Positions 25,201 through 39,700 of a stretch of DNA of 64,000 nucleotides are shown here, one piece after another. The position numbers were made by a program, and so were the translations under genes. Origin of the DNA: Trichinella spiralis (Eukaryota); contig NW_003526941.1 of the NCBI RefSeq assembly GCF_000181795.1, positions 5,826,099-5,890,098 of the forward strand, written 5' to 3'. How positions within the stretch are numbered: the first letter of the stretch is position 1; each line of letters starts with the position of its first letter. The notes under the pieces were generated by a model. It worked only from the letters and a program-made list of their open reading frames with translations, searched no databases and was not told where the DNA came from.

Positions 25201-27666
25201 GGCATTGAGTTATTTTCTCAATGACAGAAAATAGGTGCATCTGTATAAGTCAGTGCTATTGGCGGTACAATGACATAACAAAAACTTTAAGGAGTCATTT
25301 CAAAAATGAAGGGAACTTTACTGCCATTCTGAAAGTATCATAGGTGGTGGTATAAAAGTGTGTTCTCTAACTAACAACAGCTTTCCTATGTCCTGCTGAA
25401 ACAATCTTGGTCACGATTTAAGCAGTGACAAGCATTTAGGGGTGCGATTGTGCGACTGCAGTATCCCGGTGACAGACATTTCCTTTAAACAATTGGGCAA
25501 GTATGTTACATTAGCAATAAACTTTGCAGTGGACAGTAAAGATAATGCGGGAGGGGTTCAACTGCTATGTCAGAGTACTACTTTACAAATGGATTTGTAA
25601 GGACTATTGAAATTTATAGCAAAATATACCATTAGTACTATTATATAATGGCTTTGCCGTAATAAAGTCTCGAATATTAGTTGAACATCATTACTGAAGA
25701 ACAACAAGCTAGTTTACATTCAAAAAGACAAAAATCAAGCAACTACGAAAAGCTTAAAAAGCGCGCATGTTTAGTGCAGTGTGCCAAGAGAAAGAAAGAA
25801 AACATTGTATGAAAAAATAGCAAATATATGAAAATTCATACCTGTCAGCAAACCTGTCAGGGATGACGTATAAGGCAAACGTAGAGTCATACATTTTGTA
25901 ACTGATGTTCGTGGTTTCTTCATATTTTTAGTCTAACAATCACAACGTATTTGTTGAACTGAACCATGAAAATGACCGAATAACGCAACGCAGTAAGTAA
26001 TTAGACCGCCCTTCAGCAGCGAACATTTATACTATAGTGCAGTTTTCTCAATAAACAGAAATTTATATAAGGAACATTGTTACCGCATTTGAATAGCACA
26101 AAGTGCACGTAGCAGATTGCCAACGGCAGTGTTTATCATCACATTAGCATAAAGTTAGTCTGCTGACCTAGAAATACATGTATGCTTTGAAAACGTATAA
26201 TAACAATGTAATGAGCAAACACCAAAGATTATAATAATTGCTGAACAACAACAAAATCCTGAATACGTTACAGATCAAAGCCACTATCTATCGCAAATAA
26301 TATTATGGTGTAAATTAAAGAAGTATAAAATAGTGTCTTACGTAAATGGAGCTGCACTGGCACGATAATAATATGTCGGTATATTCAGCAAAATTCATTC
26401 ATTAATTTAAAGGAACTGATTGTTTAGTGAACATTTCAATCAGACTTTGATCAAGCACTTTGAAAAGAAGAAAAAGAGAAAAAAGCACTTAACTCCCCGC
26501 ACATCTGAGGCAGGTGAAACAATAAGTCTCACCCGCCTCTTCAGCGCGTAAAGCGTAGGCTTTCCCCGCTCCAGGGAAGAAGAGCGTGCGAAATGAGTAT
26601 ACAAAGTTTTAAAAAAATAACAAGCAGAAAAGTGGAATACTTGTTAGTAATTCTGCAAACCGACTTCAACAGCTACTTAACGCTTTAATGAACTCAAAGA
26701 ACGTTCAACGATGCTACCAATTGCTACGTAAATTAAACAAACAAACGCACCCTTACTGATGATAAGGCGCGTTATAACAATAGTTATTTGCATAATGCAG
26801 CGTTAGAAATCGGTTTTTAGTGCGTTAGAACTTTTGGCTGAAGATAAATTCTTAGCTAAGCCGCGTTGGAATATGAACAGAAGAAATGCACCGTTAAATT
26901 CTACCAATAAGGAAAGTGCTATTTGAAAATTCAAAAATGACCTTGACATTTAAACTTCAGTCAAAATATAAGCTATCTGACAAAAAACGCCATAACAAAA
27001 CAGAATTAACTTAGACAAAACACACCTACGTATTTCTGAAAATTTTTGTAAGCCATTAAAGCAAGTGGTTCAAATGAAGCTAATTTTAAGTAAAAAATTT
27101 GCCGGCAAAAGCCACTGAGAATTCTTCATAGAAAATGTATTGAAAAAGTATGCTGAATATAGATTCTCAATTGCATTGTTAAATGATTAAGAGTTAAAAA
27201 TGATAAAACTGCCACTTACTGCTAAATTCGCCATCTTCCCATCGCTAATGTTCATTGTCTTTGGATATTGGTCGCAAAATTATTTTTCAGAAATTATTCC
27301 AAAATATAATAATGAATAAAACGCAAATTTGGTGTTTGGTATTTGATATTGGTTTTCAGGGAATTTTCCAATCACAACGCACCGCTCTCATACACGGACG
27401 GCCTCAAACTAAAATTATTTCCAATATGTCAATAAAGCGAGCGACATCGCATGCAAATTTTTATTTCATTCGTTTCTGCTGATAAATGAGACTAGCGCGT
27501 ATTTTTCATTGCACTTTATTTACTTAACTAATACACTCTTTTTGAAGTGAAAATTCATTTGCAGCTTTGCCAAACATATAAACACTTCTCTTATTAAGGA
27601 AACTGTCATTTCACCTTTATTGCTAATTGTAATTTAAATACTAAAAACAATATAAGAAATGAAATG
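22272..27666 (-). repeat. Right arm of the inverted duplication; begins with the C-rich strand of the minisatellite (22272-22520) and lacks ~810 bp present in the left arm
   Basis: Reverse complement of 12999-19237; deletion junction at ~23284. Confidence 0.95.
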
Positions 27667-29172
27667 AAATATTAAATGCTGACTTGTTGTATGGAATGAA
27701 AAAAGTAATGATTACAAGAAGCAATTCGCATAGTGTCAAATTAAACCTATAAGAGTTGTTTGAAAATTCAGAAATGACCCTGACATTAAAAATAGAGTCA
27801 AAATATAAGCTATCTGACAGAAAACGCCATTACAAAAAAAATTGTCTCAACCTGAAATTGACTCTCATTTGCATACATTTTGTGGTAAACAAGTCCTACT
27901 GTAGCTGCTTTTCAGTACGTTGACGAAACGGAATCTTTTACGACTGCTAATCTAAAACCCGACAAAAAGAATTATATAAGTTGCAACTTTACAGTAATAA
28001 TTGATATGTTCTTATCGACCACTAGATACCATTGAATTGATCAGAAAACCAATTAAAAAATTCTATAGATATATTAAAAGTTGACGTTAGTGGTGAGCTA
28101 TAAGTGAAAAGTAACAAACGTCGAGGTCACGGTGAAAAATTTGCATGTTAACGAGACGACGCCCAACAATGATTATATAATTGCACCTATCGAAAAAACT
28201 TCGCTTGCACGTACAGTATGGAATGATTAAGTTTAATGCATTGAAAGTGAAGTACAATGGAATTTTGCAAAACTCTGAAAACTTCAAAAACAACTTATAC
28301 TTTCGAATATTCTTTAATTTCGTTCAGGGCGTTGTTCAACGTTTGTCATCTGTGCGATGGATGCCATCGTTTTCTGTCTACTAGAGACGTTATAGAAAAT
28401 GATCAAAAATGTTATAAGAAAAATAGATATGAAGAAGCCCATGTTTTTTTTTCATCAGCTACGCAACAGTATCTTAGCGAACTGACAATTAATATTCTGC
28501 TCTGCTCTCTTCAGTAGCGTTTTACTTTCTATCATTCATAGCTGCAGTTGGTCAGCAAATTGACATTCAGTTCTCAACTGCTGTGTATTATATGCTAAAT
28601 CTAAGATCACTTCAAATAAAACTAGAAATATGTTGATTTTTCATTTCATAAATTATGTAAAAACTGAAATACATTTTTTGTTTTCTTCTTATTAACTTGC
28701 TCGATACTTCCTGTTTCTGTAGACAATTTGCAGAGTAATTCAACTGTCAGTGGAATAGGTGAATTTAATGTTGTTAACAGCACGTCCATTTATTCCAACT
28801 TTTGATCGGTGTTCCATCGTCATAATTTATTTTCAAATATTATAATTTTGTGATCTTTATACATAAAATGTCGTTTTTCAACAAAACCATAATAAATACC
28901 CGGTATACATGAGCAAAGAGTTGAGTGTGAAGTACACACTGTTTGTTGGCTGATAGTGATTCGTCTCGAACGCTGGCAATTTTCCGCATTGCCCTACTCT
29001 CAAGTGTTATGGTATTGAAAATAAAAAAGATAATCAAGTTCATATGATAAAAAAGAAAAAGAGAAAAGAAATTCAACAAACGCTGAACCATTGTTAGCAG
29101 TGTAAAAGTGAGATCAACCGGATAAACGCGGATAGAAATTCTTCACATACACAGCAAGTTGAAGTGGACATA

Positions 29173-32100
29173 TTACAAGTTGGCCGAATCACTTGGCGGG
29201 GTTGGAAAGTACATGTCCATCGATTCGATGAAACGTAGCCGATACAAGTGTGGCGAAATAACCGTCGGAAGTTGACCACTGGCCGATACACTTTTCACCC
29301 AACTTTCGATCTTTTTGTCCCACGTGTAAGTACGCAAATAGTCGACAATACCGAAAACCAACACCGCTCGATCCGTATCCACGCCGACCAACAACGAATA
29401 GTCCATAATGTGATTAGCACTGAGAACAGCCGTATCGTCACGTATAGCCGTGTCCAGGGCAATTTTGGCCGCAGCATCCAAATAAAACGTATCGTCACAA
29501 ATACGATCGAGTAAATTTTCATCAAGCAATACTAAATCCCCTTGCTGAATGTACTGTTGTTGTTGTTGTTGTTGTTGTTGATGCTGCTGCTGCTGCTGTT
29601 CTTGCTGCTGCCTTGGCATTTCAGGTACCATTCGATTGCGCAATGAACCTTTCAAATCGTAGACCTGTTGCACCTCGTGCGTGTAGAACAGATATTCCAT
29701 AACGACCAAATCCATCTTGCAAGCAGCATTGTTGTGACTGTTGCGATAGCCGATTCGAAAGACGCCGAATATTTTGACCAACGACACCGCCCTACCATTG
29801 AAACATGCCGACGAGACGTGGCGAAAATAGTCGGGGGCAAATTTGACAAACGACTGGGTCTCGAAACGGGACATTTGCTTCAGAACAAATCTCCTGTCGA
29901 GACTTCGAAAAAATTTCGCCCCAGACTTGCCACCGCTCGGCTGCCAAGGCTGGCAGTTGGCCAGTGAACGTACAAATGCCGACTCGCCCAGTGGAAAGAT
30001 CATCTGCCTGAGCAGGCGAAATTGACGTGGAAAATAAATTTTGCAATAAAATTTCGCCATCGAATCGGAAAATTGCACTTCCAACGGCAGGGTGGAGTCC
30101 GTATCGAAGTTCGACGACGAATCGTTGTTGGAACAACTGAAATTGGCCAACTTTTCGACAACATCCTGATCCGTGAATTTCTCCTCCGCTCGGACAAAGT
30201 CCAAATATTCTTTACTGGCCAACGCATACGCGATTATACTGCTCGGCTTGTGTTCGTCCACTGCAACCGGCACTTTGCCAATTGGTAGCGAAAAATGCTG
30301 TTCCACTGGAAATGGCCAACTTAAAATTGCCCCATTGATCAATTTTTGCATAGCTTTCAAATCATCCGCATTGGGTTTTTTCAAATTCACTTCCCCATCA
30401 TTAATCATGCCACAACCTGGAAACATTGCGCATGAATCAATTCACAACTGTACCATCTATGCACGGATAATATGATATATAATATACCTGCTGTTTTGTC
30501 GTCGTCGGCCATTTTCGAAACGGCTGATTCTCGTTCCAATTCATTCAGTCTTTTTTTCGATAAATTAAGCAAAAAATCACTTATCTTACAATTCCAAGTT
30601 AACAACAACGTGGCCAGTACACGCATGCAAAGAATAATCGAATCGTGAACAATCGGCCACTGGGATTCTCTCCAAAGGAAACCCCTGGCATCGACCAGTG
30701 GCAATACATCCGACTGCATTTTGCCATTTGTTTCGGCAAATGACGACTTGGATTGATCAAGCAGTTCCCGCAATTCTGACAACAGTCCCTGGACAAGATT
30801 TACCGTAACACTTCCTGATGTCGATTCGATTTGATTCGTCAAATCTGCCAACTGGTCGGACATTTGTCCAAACAAATTGCTGCCTTTTTCCAACAAATCG
30901 TCAACTTCTTTGCGAAATTGATCCGCGAACACCTCAATCAAATACACACAATTATCCTATTATTTAATAATTTGCGTGGAATAAAATTGCAAACCAACAC
31001 AACCGTCATTGGTGTTCACCTTCTGCGGTTCTGTAGGCGTGGTCAACGAAGCAAATTTCGCCGAACACAAAGTGATCGCTTGTACACTGAACGACACCAC
31101 CAACGAGTCTCTGGTGAAAAAATGCACATGGTCGTGAAAAACACAATGCTTACAACACAGCTCCGCGCTAGTAGAACCCAACGACGATTGCAGGGCCAAA
31201 CCGTGAAATAAATAATTCAAATAAGTTGCAAATGACAACTGCCACAAATGTCTGGATATTTGCTTTTCGACGCCCGTCGTTTTGCACTCACGACACCATT
31301 CTTTGAGAAAAATCAAACTACATCCAACAGTATTCTTCTTAGCTGGATAATTTACGATCGCTGAACTGCCAACGGTAATATCAACACACAGATGATTGCG
31401 TACAAATCGTCGGACGTGGTGTTGCTAAGGAAGAGCAATTTTTTCAATTCAAATTTTCAAACACAATCCACAAACCGCCCAATTCTCACTTACCATACCT
31501 TCGCCACAACCTTCTTTCGGGCATAAATAGTTCTGATTGAAACAATACTGCTCCAAAAAAGCACCAAGCGGCAAATCAGTAGACTGATAATAATAAGCAA
31601 ACAATAATCTCGGTCCAACACAGTAACGTCTGGGCGAAGCAGGCTTGGATAGATGACAGGATTGCAAAGTAGTCAGGTGATCTTGGGCAAAAGGATGTTT
31701 CACATTTTTATAACACTGCTCAACAATCAAATTGTCCAACAATCGCTTAGTGAGCTGTTGCTTATTTTTCGGATCATCTTGTTCAACGGATCGAAAACGT
31801 TCACGCAACAGTTTAGCGCCAGTAGCTCGATAATTAGCCAATAAGCCACGAACGTCAGTCTCTTTACGCCAGAAACCAGTAGAACTAGTGAAAAATGAAT
31901 GGACCAATTTTGGATTAAGTGAATTACTGTCGGCAGAATCTTGACAACAATCGCCACAAAGCATTGTCCAACTTTTCGAATCCACAACGGTGCCGTTCTT
32001 CATTAAACAATCACTTCGGTCCACAGACAGTCCAATAAATGGACTGTATGTGGTCAACGCAATTTCAGACTGTTCACATTTCTCATCAGCGAGGTGTGCA

Positions 32101-35100
32101 TCCGGTTGAACAATACACTGGCCAATGTCCATCCTGTTGACACCAATCAGCTTCAGCAAGTCCACTTCCAGTCGAGCGGAATAGATGACGCTGATCAAAA
32201 ATCGAAGAACCCTTTTGGCAAGAAATAGCTGAAATTCACACGGACCACTCAACAACACTGTACATCCCAATTTTGGTCGACAGTTTTCAAATCGACAAAG
32301 CGTTTTGCGCTGATTGTCGAGCAAAGTGACATGTTCAGTACGGAAAAGGCCACAAGTACCCATGCGAAATTTGAATAACTGACCCTCGGCCGATTCGAGC
32401 ACATCAGCATCTGTACAACGGGCAATTCGTTCTAAAGCTGACCGTTTCACATTATGCAAAACTGTTAAACCACTTTGACTAAGAAAATCTGCCGCGACAC
32501 TGGCAACAGCGTGCTCAACTAGAAGAACATCCGGTTGTAAAGCAAGTATTTTATTAACCACATGACGAAGGTGTTCCGCTTCTTGCATGATGATTGGATC
32601 CATTGAGCAAAATTTTCCGCCAATTCGCTCGTACTCAATCGGACCACGTACAATTAATATTTTCGGTGACTGCAGTCGTTGCAGCATTGTCAAACGCAGG
32701 ACCGCTTTTGTACAAACTGTGCCTACAATTATGAACGATCACTTCTATCCCCCTATTATCAAATTCTCATCCTCCGTATTATGTTAATTATTATAAATCT
32801 TTTTTTACCATAAATAAGTTCCCCTTTAGGAATGTCAGATCGACGAAGAGTTTTCACATGCACGTAACGTAAAATGTTCATGTCGTCATTATTAGCTTTG
32901 GTCTCCGGTCGAACACTCATCGCAACCTCTTCAGCTAATTTCAACAGCAAAGAATACCACTGATTTTCAGGCAGTGCATGCAGCTTCAGAATGTACTTCA
33001 ACTGATGACGGATTTTTTCCATAAAAATGCCCATCAATTCAGCATTATTAGATGACGTACAAGGTTCATTTGAATCAAGAGGATAATCAACTTCGTCCAA
33101 CGTTTCATCAGATTTCGTTTCACTGACAACAGGCACCACGTCCACAGCTTGTGTAACAACAAAGTCCAGTGGATGTTGCTTTTCAAATCCAACCACATCA
33201 TCGATACTTTTAATCTGCTGCTGACAAATGGCATCTTGCACTGGAATTTGCCAAACAAAAGGCTCTGTGTTCATTTCGGTATTTTGGATATCTCTAAGCC
33301 AATCTGGTTCAGGATCATCTAAAAAGTTTCTAAATTCCTGCAAATGAAGACTGGAATCTGCTGAATTCGTAGAATCTTTGTCTTTAACTGTCTCGCTCTC
33401 TACATCTGAAACTGCACATTGCTGTTGCTGTTGGTGTTGTCGCTGCTGCTGCTGCTGCTGCTTCTGTGCCACTTTTTCTCTACTGAAAAATATCTTCGAT
33501 AAAGTCAAATCATGATGAAAACGTTCAAAATGAATAATTTAAACAAAAGTCACATTATATCCTATAAATTATCCAAATATACAGCTGTGCAAAATAATTT
33601 ACTCGGAATGAAGTTGCAAACCTAAAAAAAAGGGGTTTCAAATGAAATCATGTCAAGTTTAGAAGTGCTTTTCTCTTGCATACATTCACTCAGAGATGAA
33701 GGCAAGTTGTGCATACGACGAACCATCGAAAGACAATAATCACAAACCCTTAACTCGCCTGTGTAGCCAAGCAAATTGCCAGGCAATTCTTGCCTGCAAC
33801 AACGATAACAAAATATCTGACCGCATATTCGACAGTGATGACGACGTCGAAAAGCTGTAAATTTCTCCTACAAAAGAATGCAAAGAAAAAACAGTTTGTT
33901 AAATTTCATCAAACATACTCGACATTCGTAACACTCTTTGCCACTAGAATCAGGCATCCAACACTGACGAAATTCACTTCTGTCATAGTCCATTAAGGAA
34001 TCAGTAGCTGCATTACCAAGAATGTTGAATTCCGGAGGACGTGGACTACTGTTCTGTTTGTCTTCCGCATTGGTGCTACTTTCAGAAGATGATTCACCTG
34101 TTACAAAATTAAAAAAATATGCAAAAAATTATGCATTGTTGGATTTATGGTTTCAAAAATACATATATTATTATATATAACTTTATTTATTTATTCAATA
34201 TTTCATTTCTCTAGCACATGCATATTTCTGTAAGATTCTGTAAATAGAACTGTACTTGAAAATCAATAAAAGATGCATCTACACAGTTTATGTTGGCCAT
34301 GATAGGCGTGGTACAATGATATTAGTAAACATTAAAGCAACTGTTCTTGTGTAAATTTCAAACTAGTTGCACCCACTACCCGCTACAAAAACTATCAGAA
34401 CATCCTCAATTATAAAAATCAAACACTCACAGTTTCACTAATGTTGAAACTGAAATAAGTGAAAATTGAAAACACTGCTTAATCTACGAGGAAATAAAAA
34501 ATATGAAAATAACAATTTCACCAACACAATAATTACCTGAATATTACTGAACTGTTTGAAGTGCATATAATTTTCACTTTATATGGCGGAAGTAAATGTG
34601 TAATGGAGTAAAAAAGTACGTAACAATAAAAATTAAAGTAAAAATGTAAAAAGTTTAATAGTTAACACTTCAAATGTTATCTCAAAAGCTAAACAAAGTT
34701 CTCCACTGTATACTGCTACAGCAAAAATAAAGTCATATCAAATTGTTTTATACTCAGAAAAATGGAAAAACAATAACAAACAATAAAATAACAAATAATT
34801 AAGAAAAAAAGAAATACAAATATAAACATAAGAAAATTGTAAAAAAACGTTCTCATTGTAAATTTTATAACAAAATTCACTTCTCTTAGTAACGATGAGA
34901 AATTACAAATTTTAAGTTTTGAAAATATTGAATTTCTACTTGGAATTAACATTATCTTTAAAATGACAAAATTCGTAATGTTAAAGAGAATTCAAAGAAA
35001 GAATCTGTTAATATACAAACTGTTCAGCAATATAACAAGAATTAATAAAGCAGTTAAAAAAATTAAGAGTAAAAATAATTATAAAATCAACTTACGTTCT

Positions 35101-35138
35101 GGAACTTTTTTTCCAAATAATCGATTAAAAATCGACAT
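29173..35138 (-). CDS. PIKFYVE: 1-phosphatidylinositol-3-phosphate 5-kinase (PIKfyve/Fab1), multi-exon
   Basis: First exon MSIFNRLFGKKVPE (35096-35138) splices in frame at 34097. FYVE domain (CWMPD..KECYEC..RRRHHCRICGQIFC), CCT-like domain (LQSPKILIV, QPDVLLVE, LERIARCT), CCR region (LSFATYL, HCVFHDH) and PIPK domain (GGKSG, DLKGS, MDYSLLVG, GIVDYLRTYTWDKK, PTVISP). Intermediate exon boundaries are approximate. Confidence 0.93.
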
Positions 35139-36129
35139 TACAATTGTCTATAGGTAGTTCAAAATTTCATTTTCTACATTATTTGCAACGCCACAATTCA
35201 AGACAACAAACAACTGCTCGCTTCTGGAAACTAATCATGTGCTGGAATTCTAAAATATTATTTTCAATAAAACATAATTTATTGGGATTTTCACCACAAC
35301 TGTTCGGCTAAATAAAATGCTTTTAACTCGTAAATGAACATTTTCAACACAGCTACAGAAAAGAATTAAAATTATTTAAGGATGCATCAAAAATTGAACA
35401 ATTTAACGAGACGACTGGATGTATACTTTGATAAAGTTTCATTTGCTGCAATTCATTTCTTAAAGAGTAATTTAAATATTTGAAAAAGAAGCATTCAAAC
35501 ATACATTACAGAAAATTACACATGTCAATATTTTCGTAAATAGAGCAAATGGTATTTAATAGAGTCTAATACAGTATGTATATTCAATGACAAGTAAAAT
35601 TCAGGTGTAATTTTGAAAAATTATAAATTTGAATTGATTTTTTTTACATCTGCTTCAAAAATAATGCATCACTTAAGAAAACAAAATGAACGTAAAACAA
35701 ATTTGAAATTATATTTAAATAATTTCCCTCTGACAACACAAAAAAACCATTCACAATTTGACATTAAATATTAGCATTTTGTTAAATTGAAATTGAAAAA
35801 TTAAATTATTTAGTTTTCTATTTATTCTCAACAATAACCCAAGTTAGAATTGTCGTAATTCTGAAAGCGATTCAAGAAAACCTACTGACTAAGCAGAATC
35901 TGAAAAACAGTTGTAAAATATATTCAGACACGTGTGAATATATATACATTTAATGAAATGTTAATGCAGTATTCACAAAATTTACACTTCTGCAACTTCA
36001 AAAGTGAACAAATAATAAAATTGCATAAATGCAGAAATTGTTCACAGAAAATTCTTAAAAAATGACAAAAAAAGTGATGATATTGAGTGACGAGAGAAAA
36101 AGTTCAAGTAGAAGTCAATATTAAGCTTG

Positions 36130-36567
36130 TCAAGTGGATAAGTCAAAGTGGACGGCTCTTTTCGGTGCAGAACGATTATTATCGACGGTACGTTTTTCCA
36201 CGACAGTATCCGGAGATCTGTTGGACAGTTGAAGTAAAATTAAAAAACTGACCAACGTAGCGAAGAAGAAAATAACCGAAATGGCAATCGTGGAATATTG
36301 AAGAATAATTAACGTTGTCGAGACTTGTTCCAACGTTTGGGCCAGTTGCACTAACGGTTCGATCAAATCGCCGTATGCGCAAAGTTTCAAGCACGAATCG
36401 GACACTGATTCCCCATTTGGTAGAATCGGTCGCGCCATACGGTGCCAAGGATCAAATTCTGAACTATCCCCACGTGAACCATCTCGACCAGATGATACCA
36501 ATTCCATTACACCTTTGGCAATGTTCAAGCCGCCGTCCAGAGCCTGGATACGATTCGACTGAAACAT
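36130..36567 (-). CDS. Hypothetical single-pass membrane protein (~145 aa); true start uncertain
   Basis: Open ORF with coding-like composition and one long hydrophobic segment (LIILQYSTIAISVIFFFATLVSFLILLQL). Confidence 0.55.
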   Translation of the reverse strand: MFQSNRIQALDGGLNIAKGVMELVSSGRDGSRGDSSEFDPWHRMARPILPNGESVSDSCLKLCAYGDLIEPLVQLAQTLEQVSTTLIILQYSTIAISVIFFFATLVSFLILLQLSNRSPDTVVEKRTVDNNRSAPKRAVHFDLST

Positions 36568-36750
36568 ACTCTAACAAACAAGCGCAATGATCCACAACAA
36601 GACCTTCAAATTACTGTACAAGGCAACATCGTTTCCTCGTCCAACGTCCAAATAAAACATACGCAACACTCCAAATTCTTCTTCAACTTCTGTATACACT
36701 GCCAGTCAGGATAGTGAAAATTCAACAACTGCCGCCACCTCCTTCTCTGT

Positions 36751-39700
36751 TCATGTATTAAACGACCGTTCAATCCCAATGGTAGTCAACATTTCCCTAA
36801 GAATCGATGCTTCCTTCTCACTTGTCAGATTATTTGCACTTCTTGAATCCAATGAAGACAAATTAAATAAAGGAACTACCGATCGTCGACCATGTGCACA
36901 ATGAAACGGTGCTTCACATTCAACAAGTTGTCGAATCAAATTTTGACACTGATTCAAAGTTAACCGGTCGCCAAATCGAATCCCACCTATAAAGTAGACA
37001 ATAAAACGTGAAAAATGTAAACGTTTTTTTACTTTAGAAAAAATAATATTCCTTCTTCTTCTTCTTAAAAAATAAACAAACAAACAAACAAATAAATTCT
37101 TATAGACAAGCTTATTTATATTTCACCTCTGCAGGCCCAGTCTGCAAAAGAACGACGAAAAATTGGCGGCAATTTTCTACGAGATGGTAACGATCCAAAT
37201 TCCAAAATCTAAAAAAAAAGAACATCCCATCAATAAATCAGCTAATTTTTCTACATCGATTTCTGTTGCTTAAGAAATTGTTTTTCATTTCAATAATATT
37301 ACACATCAATTAAATTTTCTTTCATCACTCGCAAAGGTTGATTTTAAAAAATAACATAACTTTTACATATTTCCTAAAAAAACGAACTTTAATAAAGAAT
37401 TATTAAAAATATACCTGCTGGAAAACTGATTTCAAAAACCTTGCAGTTATACAATTCTGTGAAATATTCCATTTTCCTCTTGCAAAGCAGATCGGTACAG
37501 TGAAAATTAAATAACGAGAATTCTCAAAATTGATTTCTATTCCATACCGCTCTGAAAATAGATATTTAATTCAACAATTTACTAAAATGTCAATTTTAAT
37601 GAAACACTTCTTGTTATCAGAGTTGCAACTGATATACATATATATATATGCTTATTTATTTATCGAAACAATTGATTTTTAACCCACAAAGTCAACTTCA
37701 CAAATTTCATTCTAGTAGTCTACTCGATAATAACAATATTGTGTTACATTTCTAATAAAAAGCAATTTCATGTTTTAATCAAAATTAATGACTTGAACGT
37801 TTAACTCAGAATTTGCTGCTGTTAAAAAAAGCTGAAAATTGAAAATGATTAAAAATTTTCTTACCAATAATATCTTTAAATGAGAACCATTTCGAAGAAT
37901 TGAAAAAATTGATTTCTATCGGATGACTTAATCTTGCTCTGGCTATACGACCTTCCACAATATGTTCTATAACTCAATTAATTTGCATAAAATTTCAGTA
38001 TGAAAACTGATGTGCATAATTCATCTGAATAATAACACCTATTCGCTTTTATACTGTACTTGGAATAATTTATACAGTACTAATCACAAATAAACTTCAA
38101 TTTTAAAGTTATTGAAAATAACTCACCTCTCAGCAATTGCTCTAATCGAACTCGTTCTGATACTGCGTGTTGATCAAACAATAAAAGAAGTGCCGTTCTA
38201 TCATTCTGTTTACTCTCCACAGTCGCTCGACAAATTACAAATTTACAATCATACTGGGCAATAACCTAAACAAAAATGATACCGATTTTAACGAATGAAT
38301 TTCTTTATGAATGAAATACAATTTTTTATAAATTATTTATAAAAACATTAATATTTACTGATATGTTTTTCATTGTTTCTTTACATATTTTAATTTCTTC
38401 AAAACTCTTCACCGGTGATGACACAGCGACAAGTTGCATTTCATCTAAAAATATTACGATAGAAACAAAAGTTAGATTCAGAAATTGTTTTTTTTACCTT
38501 CAACTAAAATATTTGAATTTTCTTCAACTGTACATTTACTGGTAGAGTTACTGTAGATCGGTGTCTGAGAAATGGATCTTTTTTCATCGTTCAATAATGG
38601 TAACAAGTTAGTAAAATTTTCGTGAAGCTGAAAAGAAAATTTGCAACCTGGAAGCAAACATCTATTCTCTTTGGAAAGCAATTTTTCATTTTGCAATGAA
38701 TCCCCATTAGAAAGAGGTTTCTGAAATAAGCTTTCGATCGCTTCTAGCAAACTTTTCCATTTATAACACGATTCAATAGCGCGTAAACCTTCTACCATAA
38801 AACGCTCTACCAAACGAGTGTCTATGGTCAGCAAGAAAACTGAACAACTATCCTTTCTTCCATTTTTCAGCTTCTCAATCAGTGAAATAACCTAAAATTG
38901 AAAATCAATACGCAGATTAAATGTTATACACACATCAATGTGAAAAACCAATACAAACGTATGCAATTCAGTTTGCCAAAATATCGGAATATCATTCCAG
39001 TATATACATTGGAGGGACACTGTGTTACTTTCTTCTGTACCAATCCACAAACTGAGCTTGAAATCTTCATTTTCAAAGCGAATTTGATCACTCAATTGAT
39101 GAGGATAAATTTCAAAAAACAGCTGCAAAAATGATTCAGACAAGGTTTCGCATCGAGTTGATCGAAATGCACAACTTTGATCGCTTTCATCGTGCAATTC
39201 TATGATAACTTTGGGGTGTTTAACAGATATCCATCGAAGCCGAAGTTTCAAGTTCTCAAGCTCCTGAGAAGGCTTTATACCTGCAAAACAAAAACTGAAA
39301 AATGGAAATTGAAATTTGTAGTAAATTTTTAAAGAAATACTTTTCTGACGGACAGGGGTCTTGGAAAAAAGTTTCTGAACAGTAATGGTGGTTCCGTGGC
39401 ATTTTCTAGACTGAATTTGAACCGAATCTTTGAGAAAAAAGCAATCGGAAAACGTTCTGGAACCATCAACCGATCGCTTCAAAGCTGCGCAGTATCGAGC
39501 TTTGAAGCCCACAGCTCTCCCACGTGGTCTGCTATGAATAATCACTTCGTCGGCAAGTTTGCAAACATCTTTCAAATAAGCAGGCATTTTATCGGAGGAT
39601 GTAAGCATTGTTTGATCCATACCGTCACCATCATCGATTATTTGAAATTTAAATTTTTCTACGTGCACACGAATCACTACTATAGAACTGCTGGCGCGAA

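Noticed and set aside
37238..37328. Possible C/D snoRNA in an MLH3 intron (GTGATGA...CTGA, minus strand)
   Set aside because: No terminal stem, no recognisable rRNA complement, and box D is only ~30 nt from the acceptor
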